Positions 35,384-53,300 are shown, counted from the first letter of the stretch. The stretch: 64,000 nt of DNA from Eledone cirrhosa (GCA_964016885.1 OZ024759.1:2852001-2916000), one strand, 5' to 3'. The notes: a model not told the origin generated them from the sequence alone. A program made the numbers and translations.

Positions 35384-38300
35384 TTTCATTGATGTACTCC
35401 ACACTTCCTGCCTTTCATTGATATACTCCACACTTCCTACCTGTCATTGATATACTCCACACTTCCTACCTTTCATTGATGTACTCCACACTTCCTACCT
35501 TTCATTAATGTACTCCACACTTCCTACCTTTCATTAATGTACTCCACACTTCCTACCTTTCATTAATGTACTCCACACTTCCTACCTTTCATTAATGTAC
35601 TCCACACTTCATACCTTTCATTAATGTACTCCACACTTCCTACCTTTCATACATGTACACCACACTTCCTACCTTTCATTGATGTACTCCACACTTCCTA
35701 CCTTTAATTAATGTACTCCACACTTCATACCTTTCATTAATGTACTCCACACTTCCTACCTTTCATTAATGTACTCCACACTTCCTACCTTTCATTAATG
35801 TACTCCACACTTCCTACCTTTAATTAATGTACTCCACACTTCATACCTTTCATTGATGTACTCCACACTTCCTACCTTTAATTAATGTACTCCACACTTC
35901 CTACCTTTCATTGATATACTCCACACTTCCTACCTGTCATTCATGTACTCCACACTTCCTACCTTTCATTGATGTACTCCACACTTCCTGCCTTTCATTG
36001 ATGTACTCCACACTTCCTACCTTTCATTCATGTACTCCACACTTCCTACCTTTCATTAATGTACTCCACACTTCCTACCTGTCATTGATGTACTCCACAC
36101 TTCCTACCTTTCATTGATGTACTCCACACTTCCTACCTTTTATTAATGTACTCAATACTTCCTACCATTCATTGATGTACTCCACACTTCCTACCTTTCA
36201 TTAATGTACTCCACACTTCCTACCTTTTATTAATGTACTCAATACTTCCTACCATTCATTGATATACTCCACACTTCCTACCTTTCATTAATGTACTCCA
36301 CACTTCCTACCTTTCATTGATGTATTCCACACTTCCTACCTTTCATTAATGTACACCACACTTCCTACCTTTTATTAATGTACTCAATACTTCCTACCAT
36401 TCATTGATATACTCCACACTTCCTACCTTTCATTAATGTACTCCACACTTCCTACCTTTCATACATGTACACCACACTTCCTACCTTTCATTGATGTACA
36501 CCACACTTCCTACCTTTTATTAATGTACTCAATACTTCCTACTATTCATTGATGTACTCCACACTTCCTACCTTTCATTGATGTACTCCACACTTCCTAC
36601 CTTTCATTGATGTACTCCACACTTCATACCTTTCATTGATATACTCCACACTTCCTACCTTTCATTAATGTACTCAATAGTTCCTACCTTTCATTCATGT
36701 ACTCCACACTTCCTATCTTTTATTGATGTACTCCACACTTCCTACCTTTCATTGATGTACTCCACACTTCCTATCTTTTATTGATGTACTCCACACTTCC
36801 TACCTTTCATTGTAATACTCCACACTTCGTACCTTTCATTGATGTACTCCACACTTCCTACCTTTCATTGATGTACTCCACACTTCCTACCTTTCATTAA
36901 TGTACTCCACACTTCCTACCTTTCATACATGTACACCACACTTCCTACCTTTCATTGATGTACACCACACTTCCTACCTTTTATTAATGTACTCAATACT
37001 TCCTACCATTCATTGATGTACTCCACACTTCCTACCTTTCATTGATGTACTCCACACTTCATACCTTTCATTGATGGACTCCACACTTCCTACCTTTTAT
37101 TAATGTACTCAAAACTTCCTACCATTCATTGATGTACTCCACACTTCCTATCTTTCATTAATGTACTCCACACTTCCTTCCTTTCATTGATGTACTTCAC
37201 ACTTCCTACCTTTTATTGATGTACTCCACATTTACAACCTTTCATTGATGTACTCCACACTTCCTACCTTTCATTAATGTGCTCCACACTTCCTACCTGT
37301 TATTGATGTACTCCACATTTACAACCTTTCATTGATGTACTCCACACTTCCTACCTTTCATTAATGTACACCACACTTCCTACCTTTTATTAATGTACTC
37401 AATACTTCCTACTATTCATTGATGTACTCCACACTTCCTACCATTCATTAATGTACTCAATACTTCCTACCTTTCATTGATGTACACCACACTTCCTACC
37501 TTTCATACATGTACACCACACTTCCTACCTTTCATTGATGTACTCCACACTTCCTACCTTTCATTGATGTACTCCACACTTCCTACCTTTCATTAATGTA
37601 CTCCACACTTCCTACCTTTTATTAATGTACTCAATACTTCCTACTATTCATTGATGTACTCCACACTTCCTACCTTTCATTGATGTACTCCACACTTCCT
37701 TCCTTTTATTGATGTACTCCACATTTACAACCTTTCATTGATGTACTCCACACTTCCTACCTTTCATTAATGTACTCCACACTTCCTACCTTTCATTGAT
37801 GTACTCCACACTTCCTACCTTTCATTAATGTACTCCACACTTCCTACCGTTTATTAATGTACTCCACACTTCCTACCTTTCATTGATGTACTCCACACTT
37901 CCTACCTTTCATTAATGTACTCCACACTTCCTACCGTTTATTAATGTACTCCACACTTCCTACCTTTCATTGATGTACTCCATACTTCCTACTCTTTATT
38001 AATGTACTCAATAGTTCCTACCTTTCATTGATGTACTCCACACTTCCTACCTTTTATTAATGTACTCCACACTTCCTACCTTTTATTAATGTACTCCACA
38101 CCTCCTACCTTTCATTGATGTACTCCAGGCTTCCTACCTTTCATTAATGTACTCCACACTTCCTACCTTTCATTAATGTACTCCACACTTCGTATCTTTC
38201 ATTGATGTACTCCACACTTCCTACCTTTCATTCATGTACTCCACACTTCCTACCTTTCATTGATGTACTCCACACTTCCTACCTTTCATTAATGTACTCC

Positions 38301-41300
38301 ACACTTCGAACCTTTCATTGATATACTCCACACTTCCTACCTTTGATTGATGTACTCCACACTTCCTACCTTTCATTAATGTACTCCACACTTCCTACCT
38401 TTCATTCATGTACTCCACACTTCCTACCTTTCATTGATGTACTCCACACTTCCTACCTTTCATTGATGTACTCCACATTTCCTACCTTTCATTGATGTAC
38501 TCCACACTTCCTACCTTTCATACATGTACACCACACTTCCTACCTTTCATTGATGTACTCCACACTTCCTACCTTTCATTGAGGTACTCCACACTTCCTA
38601 TCTTTTATTGATGTACTCCACACTTCCTAACTTTCATTAATGTACTCCATACATCCTACCTTTTATTAATGTACTCCACACTTCCTACCTTTCATTAATA
38701 TACTCCACACGTCCTACCTGTCATTGATATACTACACACTTCCTACCTTTCAGTGATGTACTCCACACTTCCTACCTTTCATTCATGTACTCCACACTTC
38801 CTATCTTTTATTAATATACTCCACACTTCCTACCTTTCATTAATGTACTCCATACTTCCTACCTTTCATTGATGTACTCCACACTTCCTACCTTTCATTC
38901 ATGTACTCCACACTTCCTATCTTTTATTGATGTACTCCACACTTCCTACCTTTTATTGATGTACTCCACACTTCCTACCTTTCATTGATATACTAAACAC
39001 TTCGTACCTTTCATTGATGTACTCCACACTTCGTACCTTTCATTGATATACTCCACACTTCCTACCTTTCATTGATGTACTCCACACTTCCTACCTTTCA
39101 TTAATGTACTCAACACTTCCTACCTTTCATTGATGTACTCCACACTTCATACCTTTCATTGATGGACTCCACACTTCCTACCTTTTATTAATGTACTCAA
39201 AACTTCCTACCATTCATTGATGTACTCCACACTTCCTATCTTTCATTAATGTACTCCACACTTCCTTCCTTTCATTGATGTACTTCACACTTCCTACCTT
39301 TTATTGATGTACTCCACACTTCCTACCTGTTATTGATGTACTCCACATTTACAACCTTTCATTGATGTACTCCACACTTCCTACCTTTCATTGATGTACT
39401 CCACACTTCCTACCTTTCATTGATGTACTCCACACTTCATACCTTTCATTGATGGACTCCACACTTCCTACCTTTTATTAATGTACTCAAAACTTCCTAC
39501 CATTCATTGATGTACTCCACACTTCCTATCTTTCATTAATGTACTCCACACTTCCTTCCTTTCATTGATGTACTTCACACTTCCTACCTTTTATTGATGT
39601 ACTCCACACTTCCTACCTGTTATTGATGTACTCCACATTTACAACCTTTCATTGATGTACTCCACACTTCCTACCTTTTATTAATGTACTCAATACTTCC
39701 TACCATTCATTAATGTACTCAATACTTCCTACCTTTCATTGATGTACACCACACTTCCTACCTTTCATACATGTACACCACACTTCCTACCTTTCATTGA
39801 TGTACACCACACTTCCTACCTTTTATTAATGTACTCAATACTTCCTACTATTCATTGATGTACTCCACACTTCCTACCTTTCATTGATGTACTCCACACT
39901 TCCTACATTTTATTAATGTACTCCACACTTCCTACCGTTTATTAACGTACTCCACACTTCCTACCTTTTATTGATGTACTCCACACTTGCTACGTTTCAT
40001 TGATGTACTCCACACTTCCTACCTGTTATTGATGTACTCCACATTTACAACCTTTCATTGATGTACTCCACACTTCCTACCTTTCATTAATGTACTCCAC
40101 ACTTCCTACCTGTTATTGATGTACTCCACATTTACAACCTTTCATTGATGTACTCCACACTTCCTACCTTTCATTAATGTACACCACACTTCCTACCTTT
40201 TATTAATGTACTCAATACTTCCTACCATTCATTAATGTACTCAATACTTCCTACCTTTCATTGATGTACTCCACACTTCCTACCTTTCATTAATGTACTC
40301 CACACATCCTACCTTTCATTAATGTACTCCACACATTCTACCTTTCATTGATGTACTCCACACTTCCTACCTTTCATTGATATACTCCACACTTCCTACC
40401 TTTTATTAATGTACTCCACACTTCCTACCTTTCATTGATGTACTCCAGGCTTCCTACCTTTTATTAATGTACTCCACACTTCCTAACTTTTCATTGATGT
40501 ACTCCACACTTCCTACCTTTCATTAATGTACTCCACACTTCTTACCTTTCATTAATGTACTCCACACTTCCTACCTTTCATTAATGTACTCCACACTTCC
40601 TACCTTTCATTGATGTACTCCACACTTCCTACCTTTCATTGATGTACTCCACACTTCCTACCCTTCATTGATGTACTCCACACTTCCTACCTTTCATTGA
40701 TGTACTCCACACTTCCTACCTTTCATTAATGTACTTAACACATCCAACCTTTCATTAATCTACTCCACACTTCCTACCGTTTATTAATGTACTCAATACT
40801 TCCTACCTTTCATTAATGTACTCCACACTGCCTACCTTTCATTAATGTACTCAATACTTCCTACCTTTCATTGATGTACACCACACTTCCTACCTTTCAT
40901 TAATGTACTCAATACTTCCTACCTTTCATTAATGTACTCAACACATCCAACCTTTCATTAATGTACTCCACACATCCTACCTTCCATTAATCTACTCCAC
41001 ACTTCCTACATTTTATTAATGTACTCCACACTTCCTACCGTTTATTAATGTACTCATTACTTCCTACCTTTCATTGATGTACTCCACACTTCCTACCTTT
41101 CATTAAGGTACTCAATACTTCCTACCTTTCATTGATGTACTCCACACTTCCTACCTTTCATTAATGTACTCAATACTTCCTACCTTTCATTGATGTACTC
41201 CACACTTCCTACCTTTCATTAAGGTACTCAATACTTCCTACCTTTCATTGATGTACTCCACACTTCCTACCTTTCATTAAGGTACTCAATACTTCCTACC

Positions 41301-44300
41301 TTTCATTGATGTACTCCACACTTCCTACCTTTCATTAATGTACTCCACACTTCCTACCTTTCATTAATGTACTCCACACTTCCTACCTTTCATTAATGTA
41401 CTCCACACTTCCTACCTTTCATTAAGGTACTCAATACTTCCTACCTTTCATTAATGTACTCCACACTTCCTACCTTTCATTAAGGTACTCAATACTTCCT
41501 ACCTTTCATTAATGTACTCCACACATCCTACCTTTCATTGACGTACTCCACACTTCCTACCTTTCATTGATGTACTCCACACTTCCTACCTTTCATTAAT
41601 GTACTCCACACATCCTAACTTTCATTAATGTACTCCACACTTCCTACCTTTAATTAATGTACTCCACACTTCATACCTTTCATTGATGTACTCCACACTT
41701 CCTACCTTTCATTGATGTACTCCACACTTCCTACCTTTCATTGATGTACACCACACTTCCTACCTTTCATTGATGTACTCCACACTTCCTACCTTTTATT
41801 AATGTACTCCACACTTCCTACCTTTCATTGAAATAATCCACACTTCCTACCTTTCATTGATGTACTCCACACTTCTTACCTTTTATTAATGTACTCCACA
41901 CTTCCTACCATTCATTGATGTACTCCACACTTCCTACCTTTCATTGATGTACTCCACACTTCCTACCTTTTATTAATGTACTCCACACTTTCTACCTTTC
42001 ATTGATGTACTCCACACTTCCTACCTTTTATTAATGTACTCCACACTTCCTACCTTTCATTGAAATAATCCACACTTCCTACCTTTCATTGATGTACTCC
42101 ACACTTCTTACCTTTTATTGATGTACTCCACATTTACAACCTTTCATTGATGTACTCCACATTTCCTACCTTTCATTAATATACTCCACACTTCCTACCT
42201 TTTATTAATGTACTCCACACTTCCTACCATTCATTGATGTACTCCACACTTCCTACCTTTCATTGATGTACTCCACACTTCCTACCTTTCATTAATGTAC
42301 TCCACACTTCCTACCTTTCATTAATGTACTCAACACATCCAACCTTTCATTAATGTACTCCACACATCCTACCTTCCATTAATCTACTCCACACTTCCTA
42401 CATTTTATTAATGTACTCCACACTTCCTACCGTTTATTAATGTACTCATTACTTCCTACCTTTCATTGATGTACTCCACACTTCCTACCTTTCATTAAGG
42501 TACTCAATACTTCCTACCTTTCATTGATGTACTCCACACTTCCTACCTTTCATTAATGTACTCAATACTTCCTACCTTTCATTGATGTACTCCACACTTC
42601 CTACCTTTCATTAATGTACTCCACACTTCCTACCTTTCATTAATGTACTCCACACTTCCTACCTTTCATTAAGGTACTCAATACTTCCTACCTTTCATTA
42701 ATGTACTCCACACTTCCTACCTTTCATTAAGGTACTCAATACTTCCTACCTTTCATTAATGTACTCCACACATCCTACCTTTCATTGACGTACTCCACAC
42801 TTCCTACCTTTCATTGATGTACTCCACACTTCCTACCTTTCATTAATGTACTCCACACATCCTAACTTTCATTAATGTACTCCACACTTCCTACCTTTTA
42901 TTAATGTACTCCACACTTCCTACCTTTCATTGAAATAATCCACACTTCCAACCTTTCATTGATGTACTCCACACTTCTTACCTTTTATTGATGTACTCCA
43001 CATTTACAACCTTTCATTGATGTACTCCACATTTCCTACCTTTCATTAATATACTCCACACTTCCTACCTTTTATTAATGTACTCCACACTTCCTACCAT
43101 TCATTGATGTACTCCACACTTCCTACCTTTCATTGATGTACTCCACACTTCCTACCTTTCATTGATGTACTCCACACTTCCTACCTTTCATTAATGTACT
43201 CAATAGTTCCTACCTTTCATTAATGTACTCCACACTTCCTACCTTTCATTAATGTACTCCACACTTCCTACCTTTTATTGATGTACTCCACATTTACAAC
43301 CTTTCATTGATGTACTCCACACTTCCTACCTTTCATTAATGTACTCCACACTTCCTACCTTTTATTGATGTACTCCACATTTACAACCTTTCATTGATGT
43401 ACTCCACACTTCCTACCTTTCATTGATGTACTCCACTCTTCCTACCTTTTATTAATGTACTCCACACTTCCTACCTTTCATTAATGTACTCCATACATCC
43501 TACCTTTTATTAATGTACTCCACACTTCCTACCTTTCATTGATGTACTCCACACTTCCTACCTTTCATTGATATACTCCACATTTCCTACCTTTCATTAA
43601 TGTACTCCACACTTCCTACCTTTCATTGATATACTCCACCATTCCTACCTTTCATTAATGTACTCCATACATCCTACCTTTTATTAATGTACTCCACACT
43701 TCCTACCTTTCATTGATATACACCACACTTCCTACCTTTCATTGATGTACTCCACACTTCCTACCTTTCATTAATGTACTCCACACATCGTACCTTTAAT
43801 TAATGTACTCCACACTTCCTACCTTTCATTAATGTACTCCACACTTCCTACCTTTCATTAAAGTACTCCACACTTCCTACCTTTCATTGATGTACTCCAC
43901 ACTTCCTACCTTTCATTAATCTACTCCACACTTCCTACCTTTCATTAATGTACTCCACACTTCCTACCTTTCATTAATGTACTCCATACTTCCTACCTTT
44001 CATTAATGTACTCCACACTTCATATCTTTCATTAATGTACTCCACACTTCCTACCTTTTATTAATGTACTCCACACTTCCTACCTTTCATTAATGTACTC
44101 CACACTTCCTACCTTTCATTAAAGTACTCCACACTTCCTACCTTTCATTGATGTACTCCACACTTCCTACCTTTCATTAAAGTACTCCACACTTCCTACC
44201 TTTCATTGATGTACTCCACACTTCCTACCTTTCATTAATGTACTCCACACTTCCAACCTTTTATTAATGTACTCCACACTTCCTACCTTTCATTAATGTA

Positions 44301-47300
44301 CTCCACACTTCCTACCTTTCATTAATGTACTCCACACTTCCAACCTTTTATTAATGTACTCCACACTTCCAACCTTTTATTAATGTACTCCACACTTCCT
44401 ACCTTTCATTAATGTACTCCACACTTCCTACCTTTCATTAATGTACTCCACACTTCCAACCTTTTATTAATGTACTCCACACTTCCTACCTTTCATTGAT
44501 GTACTCCACACTTCCTACCTTTCATTAATGTACTCCACACTTCCAACCTTTTATTAATGTACTCCACACTTCCTACCTTTCATTAATGTACTCCACACTT
44601 CCTACCTTTCATTAATGTACTCCACACTTCCAACCTTTTATTAATGTACTCATTACTTCCTACCTTTCATTAATGTACTCCACACTTCCTACCTTTCATT
44701 GATGTACTCCACACTTCCTACCTTTTATTAATCTACTCCACACTTCCTACCTTTCATTGATGTACTCCACACTTCCTACCTTTCATTAATGTACTCCACA
44801 CTTCCTACCTTTCATTAATGTACTCAATACTTCCTACCTTTCATTAATGTACTCCACACTTCCTACCTTTCATTAATGTACTCCACACATCCTACCTTTC
44901 ATTAATATACTCCACACTTCCTACCTTTCATTGATGTACTCCACACTTCCTACCTTTCATTAATGTACTCCACACTTCCTACCTTTCATTAATGTACTCC
45001 ACACTTCCTACCTTTCATTAAAGTACTCAATACTTCCTACCTTTCATTAATGTACTCCACACTTCCTACCTTTCATTGACATACTCCACCTTCCTACCTT
45101 TCATTAATGTACTCCACACTTCCTACCTTTCATTAATGTACTCAATACTTCCTACCTTTCATTGATGTACTCCACACTTCCTACCTTTCATTAATGTACT
45201 CCACACTTCCTACCTTTCATTAATGTACTCCACACATCCTACCTTTCATTAATATACTCCACACTTCCTACCTTTCATTGATGTACTCCACATTTCCTAA
45301 CTTTCATTAATGTACTCCACACTTCCTACCTTTCATTAATGTACTCCACACTTCCTACCTTTCATTAAAGTACTCAATACTTCCTACCTTTCATTAATGT
45401 ACTCCACACTTCCTCCCTTTCATTAATGTACTCCACACTTCCTACCTTTCATTAATGTACTCCACACTTCCTACCTTTCATTAATGTACTCCACACTTCC
45501 TACCTTTCATTAATGTACTCCACACTTCCTACCTTTCATTAATGTACTCCACACTTCCTACCTTTCATTGATGTACTCCACACTTCCTACATTTCATTAA
45601 TGTACTCCACACTTCCTAACTTTCATTAATGTACTCCGCACATCCTACCTTTCATTAATGTACTCCACGCTTCCTACCTTTCATTAATGTACTCAATACT
45701 TCCTACCGTTCATTGATGTACACCACACTTCCTACCTTTCATTGATGTACTCCACACTTCCTACCTTTCATTAATGTACTCAATACTTCCTACCTTTCAT
45801 TGATGTACTCCACACTTCCTACCTTTCATTAATGTACTCAATACTTCCTACCTTTCATTGACGTACTCCACACTTCCTACCTTTCATTGATGTACTCCAC
45901 ACTTCCTACCTTTCATTGACGTACTCCACACTTCCTACCTTTCATTAATGTACTCCACACTTCGTACCTTGCATTGATGTACTCCACACTTCCTACCTTT
46001 CATTGATGTACTCCACACTTCCTACCTTTCATTAATGTACTCCACACTTCGTACCATTCATTGATATAGTCCACACTTCCTACCTTTCATTGATGTACTC
46101 CACACTTCCTACATTTTATTAATGTACTCCACACTTCCTACCTTTTATTGATGTACTCCACACTTGCTACGTTTCATTAATGTATTTCACACTTTCTACC
46201 TTTTATTAATGTACTCCACACTTCCAACCTTTTATTAATGTACTCCACCCTTCCTACCTTTCATTGATGTACTCCACACTTCCTACCTTTCATTAATGTA
46301 CTCCACACATCCTACCTTTCATTAATGTACTCCACACATTCTACCTTTCATTGATGTACTCCACACTTCCTACCTTTCATTGATATACTCCACACTTCCT
46401 ACCTTTTATTAATGTACTCCACTCTTCCTACCTTTCATTGATGTACTCCAGGCTTCCTACCTTTTATTAATGTACTCCACACTTCCTACCTTTCATTAAT
46501 GTACTCCACACTTCCTACCTTTCATTGATGTACTCCACACTTCCTACCCTTCATTGATGTACTCCACACTTCCTACCTTTCATTAATGTACTCCACACTT
46601 CCTACCTTTCATTAATGTACTCAACACATCCAACCTTTCATTAATGTACTCCACACTTCCTACCTTTCATTAATGTACTCAACACATCCAACCTTTCATT
46701 AATGTACTCCACACTTCCTACCTTCCATTAATCTACTCCACACTTCCTACCTTTTATTAATGTACTCAATACTTCCTACCTTTCATTAATGTACTCCACA
46801 CTTCCTACCTTTCATTAATGTACTCAATACTTCCTACCTTTCATTGATGTACACCACACTTCCTACCTTTCATTAATGTACTCAATACTTCCTACCTTTC
46901 ATTAATGTACTCCACACTTCCTACCTTTCATTAATGTACTCCACACGTCCTACCTTTCATTAATGTACTCCACACTTCCTACATTTTATTAATGTACTCC
47001 ACACTTCCTACCGTTTATTAATGTACTCATTACTTCCTACCTTTCATTGATGTACTCCACACTTCCTACCTTTCATTAAGGTACTCAATACTTCCTACCT
47101 TTCATTGATGTACTCCACACTTCCTACCTTTCATTAATGTACTCCACACTTCCTACCTTTCATTAATGTACTCCACACTTCCTACCTTTCATTAAAGTAC
47201 TCAATACTTCCTACCTTTCATTAATGTACTCCACACTTCCTACCTTTCATTGACATACTCCACCTTCCTACCTTTCATTAATGTACTCCACACTTCCTAC

Positions 47301-50300
47301 CTTTCATTAATGTACTCAATACTTCCTACCTTTCATTGATGTACTCCACACTTCCTACCTTTCATTAATGTACTCCACACTTCCTACCTTTCATTAATGT
47401 ACTCCACACTTCCTACCTTTCATTAAAGTACTCAATACTTCCTACCTTTCATTAATGTACTCCACACTTCCTACCTTTCATTGACATACTCCACCTTCCT
47501 ACCTTTCATTAATGTACTCCACACTTCCTACCTTTCATTAATGTACTCAATACTTCCTACCTTTCATTGATGTACTCCACACTTCCTACCTTTCATTGAT
47601 GTACTCCACATTTCCTAACTTTCATTAATGTACTCCACACTTCCTACCTTTCATTAATGTACTCCACACTTCCTACCTTTCATTAAAGTACTCAATACTT
47701 CCTACCTTTCATTAATGTACTCCACACTTCCTCCCTTTCATTAATGTACTCCACACTTCCTACCTTTCATTAATGTACTCCACACTTCCTACCTTTCATT
47801 AATGTACTCCACACATCCTACCTTTCATTAATGTACTCCACACATTCTACCTTTCATTGATGTACTCCACACATCCTACCTTTCATTGATATACTCCACA
47901 CTTCCTACCTTTTATTAATGTACTCCACTCTTCCTACCTTTCATTGATGTACTCCAGGCTTCCTACCTTTTATTAATGTACTCCACACTTCCTACCTTTT
48001 CATTGATGTACTCCACACTTCCTACCTTTCATTAATGTACTCCACACTTCCTACCTTTCATTGATGTACTCCACACTTCCTACCCTTCATTGATGTACTC
48101 CACCCTTCCTACCTTTCATTGATGTACTCCACACTTCCTACCTTTCATTGATGTACTCCACACTTCCTACCCTTCATTGATGTACTCCACACTTCCTACC
48201 TTTCATTAATGTACTCCACACTTCCTACCTTTCATTGATGTACTCCACACTTCCTACCCTTCATTGATGTACTCCACACTTCCTACCTTTCATTAATGTA
48301 CTCCACACTTCCTACCTTTCATTAATGTACTCCACACTTCCTACCTTTCATTAATGTACTCCACACTTCCTACCTTTCATTGATGTACTCCACACTTCCT
48401 ACCCTTCATTGATGTACTCCACACTTCCTACCTTTCATTAATGTACTCCACACTTCCTACCTTTCATTAATGTACTCAACACATCCAACCTTTCATTAAT
48501 GTACTCCACACTTCCTACCTTTCATTAATGTACTCAACACATCCAACCTTTCATTAATCTACTCCACACTTCCTACCTTTCATTAATGTACTCCACACTT
48601 CCTACCTTTCATTGATGTACTCCACACTTCCTACCTTTCATTAATGTACTCCACACTTCCTACCTTTCATTGATGTACTCCACACTTCCTACCTTTCATT
48701 GATGTACTCCACACTTCCTACCCTTCATTGATGTACTCCACACTTCCTACCTTTCATTAATGTACTCCACCCTTCCTACCTTTCATTGATGTACTCCACA
48801 CTTCCTACCTTTCATTGATGTACTCCACACTTCCTACCCTTCATTAATGTACTCCACACTTCCTACCTTTTATTAATGTACTCAATACTTCCTACCTTTC
48901 ATTAATGTACTCCACACTTCCTACCTTTCATTGATGTACTCCACACTTCCTACCTTTCATTGATGTACTCCACACTTCCTACCCTTCATTAATGTACTCC
49001 ACACTTCCTACCTTTTATTAATGTACTCAATACTTCCTACCTTTCATTAATGTACTCCACACTTCCTACCTTTCATTGATGTACACCACACTTCCTACCT
49101 TTCATTAATGTACTCAATACTTCCTACCTTTCATTAATGTACTCCACCCTTCCTACCTTTCATTGATGTACTCCACACTTCCTACCTTTCATTAATGTAC
49201 TCCACACTTCCTACCTTTCATTGATGTACTCCACACTTCCTACCTTTCATTAATGTACTCAATACCTCCTACCTTTCATTGATGTACTCCACACTTCCTA
49301 CCTTTCATTGATGTACTCCACACTTCCTACCTTTTATTAATGTACTCCACACTTTCTACCTTTCATTGATGTACTCCACACTTCCTACCTTTTATTAATG
49401 TACTCCACACTTCCTACCTTTCATTGATGTACTCCACACTTCCTACCTTTCATTGATGTACTCCACACTTCCTACCTTTTATTAATGTACTCCACACTTC
49501 CTACCTTTCATTGATGTACACCACACTTCCTACCTTTCATTGATGTACTCCACACTTCCTACCTTTTATTAATGTACTCCACACTTTCTACCTTTCATTG
49601 ATGTACTCCACACTTCCTACCTTTTATTAATGTACTCCACACTTCCTACCTTTCATTGATGTACTCCACACTTCCTACCTTTCATTGATGTACACCACAC
49701 TTCCTACCTTTCATTGATGTACTCCACACTTCCTACCTTTTATTAATGTACTCCACACTTCCTACCTTTCATTGATGTACTCCACACTTCTTACCTTTTA
49801 TTGATGTACTCCACATTTACAACCTTTCATTGATCTACTCCACACTTCCTACCTTTCATTGATGTACTCCACACTTCCTACCTTTCATTGATGTACTCCA
49901 CACATCCTACCTTTCATTAATGTACTCCACACTTCCTACCTTTAATTAATGTACTCCACACTTCATACCTTTCATTGATGTACTCCACACTTCCTACCTT
50001 TCATTGATGTACTCCACACTTCCTACCTTTCATTGATGTACTCCACACTTCCTACCTTTTATTGATGTACTCCACACTTCCTACCTTTCATTAATGTACT
50101 CCATACATCCTACCTTTTATTAATGTACTCCACACTTCCTACCTTTCATTGATGTACTCCACACTTCCTACCTTTCATTGATGTACTCCACACTTCCTAC
50201 CTTTCATTGATGTACTCCACACTTCCTACCTTTCATTAATGTACTCCACACTTCCTACCTTTCATTGATGTACTCCACACTTCCTACCTTTCATTGATGT

Positions 50301-53300
50301 ACTCCACACATCCTACCTTTCATTAATGTACTCCACACTTCCTACCTTTAATTAATGTACTCCACACTTCATACCTTTCATTGATGTACTCCACACTTCC
50401 TACCTTTCATTGATGTACTCCACACTTCCTACCTTTCATTGATGTACTCCACACTTCCTACCTTTTATTGATGTACTCCACACTTCCTACCTTTCATTAA
50501 TGTACTCCATACATCCTACCTTTTATTAATGTACTCCACACTTCCTACCTTTCATTGATGTACTCCACACTTCCTACCTTTCATTGATGTACTCCACACT
50601 TCCTACCTTTCATTGATGTACTCCACACTTCCTACCTTTCATTAATGTACTCCACACTTCCTACCTTTCATTGATGTACTCCACACTTCCTACCTTTCAT
50701 TGATGTACTCCACACATCCTACCTTTCATTAATGTACTCCACACTTCCTACCTTTCATTAATGTACTCCACACATCCTACCTTTAATTGATGTACTCCAC
50801 ACTTCCTACCTTTCATTAATGTACTCCACACTTCCTACCTTTCATTAAAGTACTCCACACTTCCTACCTTTCATTAATGTACTCCACACTTCCTACCTTT
50901 CATTGATGTACTCCACACTTCCTACCTTTCATTAATGTACTCCACACTTCCTACCTTTTATTAATGTACTCCACACTTCCTACCTTTCATTAATATACTC
51001 CACACTTCCTACCTTTCATTAAAGTACTCAATACTTCCTACCTTTCATTAATGTACTCCACACTTCCTACCTTTCATTAATGTACTCCACACTTCCTACC
51101 TTTCATTGATGTACTCCACACTTCCTACCTTTCATTAATGTACTCCACACTTCCTACCTTTCATTGATGTACTCCACACTTCCTACCTTTCATTAATGTA
51201 CTTAATACTTCCTACCTTTCATTGATGTACTCCACACTTCCTACCTTTCATTAATGTACTCCACACTTCCTACCTTTCATTAATGTACTTAATACTTCCT
51301 ACCTTTCATTGATGTACTCCACACTTCCTACCTTTCATTGAAGTACTCCACACTTCCTACCTTTCATTGATGTACTCCACACTTCCTACCTTTCATTAAT
51401 GTACTCCACACTTCCTACCTTTCATTAATGTACTCAATACTTCCTACCTTTCATTGATGTACTCCACACTTCCTACCTTTCATTAATGTACTCCACACTT
51501 CCTACCTTTCATTAATATACTCCACACTTCCTACCTTTCATTGATGTACTCCACACTTCCTACCTTTCATTAATGTACTCCACACTTCCTACCTTTCATT
51601 AATGTACTCCACATTTCCTACCTTTCATTAAAGTACTCAATACTTCCTACCTTTCATTAATGTACTCCACACTTCCTCCCTTTCATTAATGTACTCCACA
51701 CTTCCTACCTTTCATTAATGTACTCCACACCTCCTACCTTTCATTAATGTACTCCACACTTCCTACCTTTCATTAATGTACTCCACACTTCCTACCTTTC
51801 ATTAATGTACTCCACACTTCCTACCTTTCATTAATGTACTCCACACTTCCTACCTTTCATTAATGTACTCCACACTTCCTACCTTTCATTAATGTACTCC
51901 ACACTTCCTACATTTCATTAATGTACTCCACACTTCCTACCTTTCATTAATGTACTCCACACATCCTACCTTTCATTAATGTACTCCACACTTCCTACCT
52001 TTCATTAATGTACTCAATACTTCCTACCTTTCATTGATGTACTCCACACTTCCTACCTTTCATTAATGTACTCAATACTTCCTACCTTTCATTGACGTAC
52101 TCCACACTTCCTACCTTTCATTGATGTACTCCACACTTCCTACCTTTCATTGACGTACTCCACACTTCCTACCTTTCATTAATGTACTCCACACTTCCTA
52201 CCTTTCATTGACGTACTCCACACTTCCTACCTTTCATTAATGTACTCCACACTTCCTACCTTTCATTAATGTACTCAATACTTCCTATCTTTCATTGATG
52301 TACTCCACACTTCCTACCTTTCATTAACGTACTCCACACTTCCTACCTTTCATTAATGTACTCCACACTTCCTACCTTTCATTAATGTACTCCACACTTC
52401 CTACATTTTATTAATGTACTCCACACTTCCTACCATTTATTTATGTACTCATTACTTCCTACCTTTCATTGATATACTCCACACTTCCTTCCTTTCATTA
52501 ATGTACTCCACACTTCCTACATTTTATTAATGTACTCCACACTTCCTACCATTTATTTATGTACTCATTACTTCCTTCCTTTCATTGATGTACTCCACAC
52601 TTCTTACCTTTCATTAATGTACTCCACACTTCCTACCTTTCATTGATGTACTCCACACATCTTACCTTTCATTAATGTACTCCACACATCCTACCTTTCA
52701 TTGATGTACTCCACACTTCCTACCTTTCATTGATGTACTCCACACTTCCTACCTTTCATTAACGTACTCCACACTTCCTACCTTTCATTAATGTACTCCA
52801 CACTTCCTACCTTTCATTAATGTACTCCACACTTCCTACATTTTATTAATGTACTCCACACTTCCTACATTTTATTAATGTACTCCACACTTCCTACCGT
52901 TTATTAATGTACTCATTACTTCCTACCTTTCATTGATGTACTCCACACTTCCTACCTTTCATTGATGTACTCCACACTTCCTACCTTTCATTAATGTACT
53001 CCACACTTCCTACCTTTCATTAATGTACTCCACACTTCCTACATTTTATTAATGTACTCCACACTTCCTACCGTTTATTAATGTACTCATTACTTCCTAC
53101 CTTTCATTGATGTACTCTACACATCCTACCTTTCATTAATGTACTCCACACTTCCTACCTTTCATTAATGTACTCCACACTTCCTACCTTTCATTGATGT
53201 ACTCCACACTTCCTACCTTTCATTGATGTACTCCACACCTCCTACCTTTCATTGATGTACTCCACACTTCCTACCTTTCATTGATGTGCTCCACACTTCT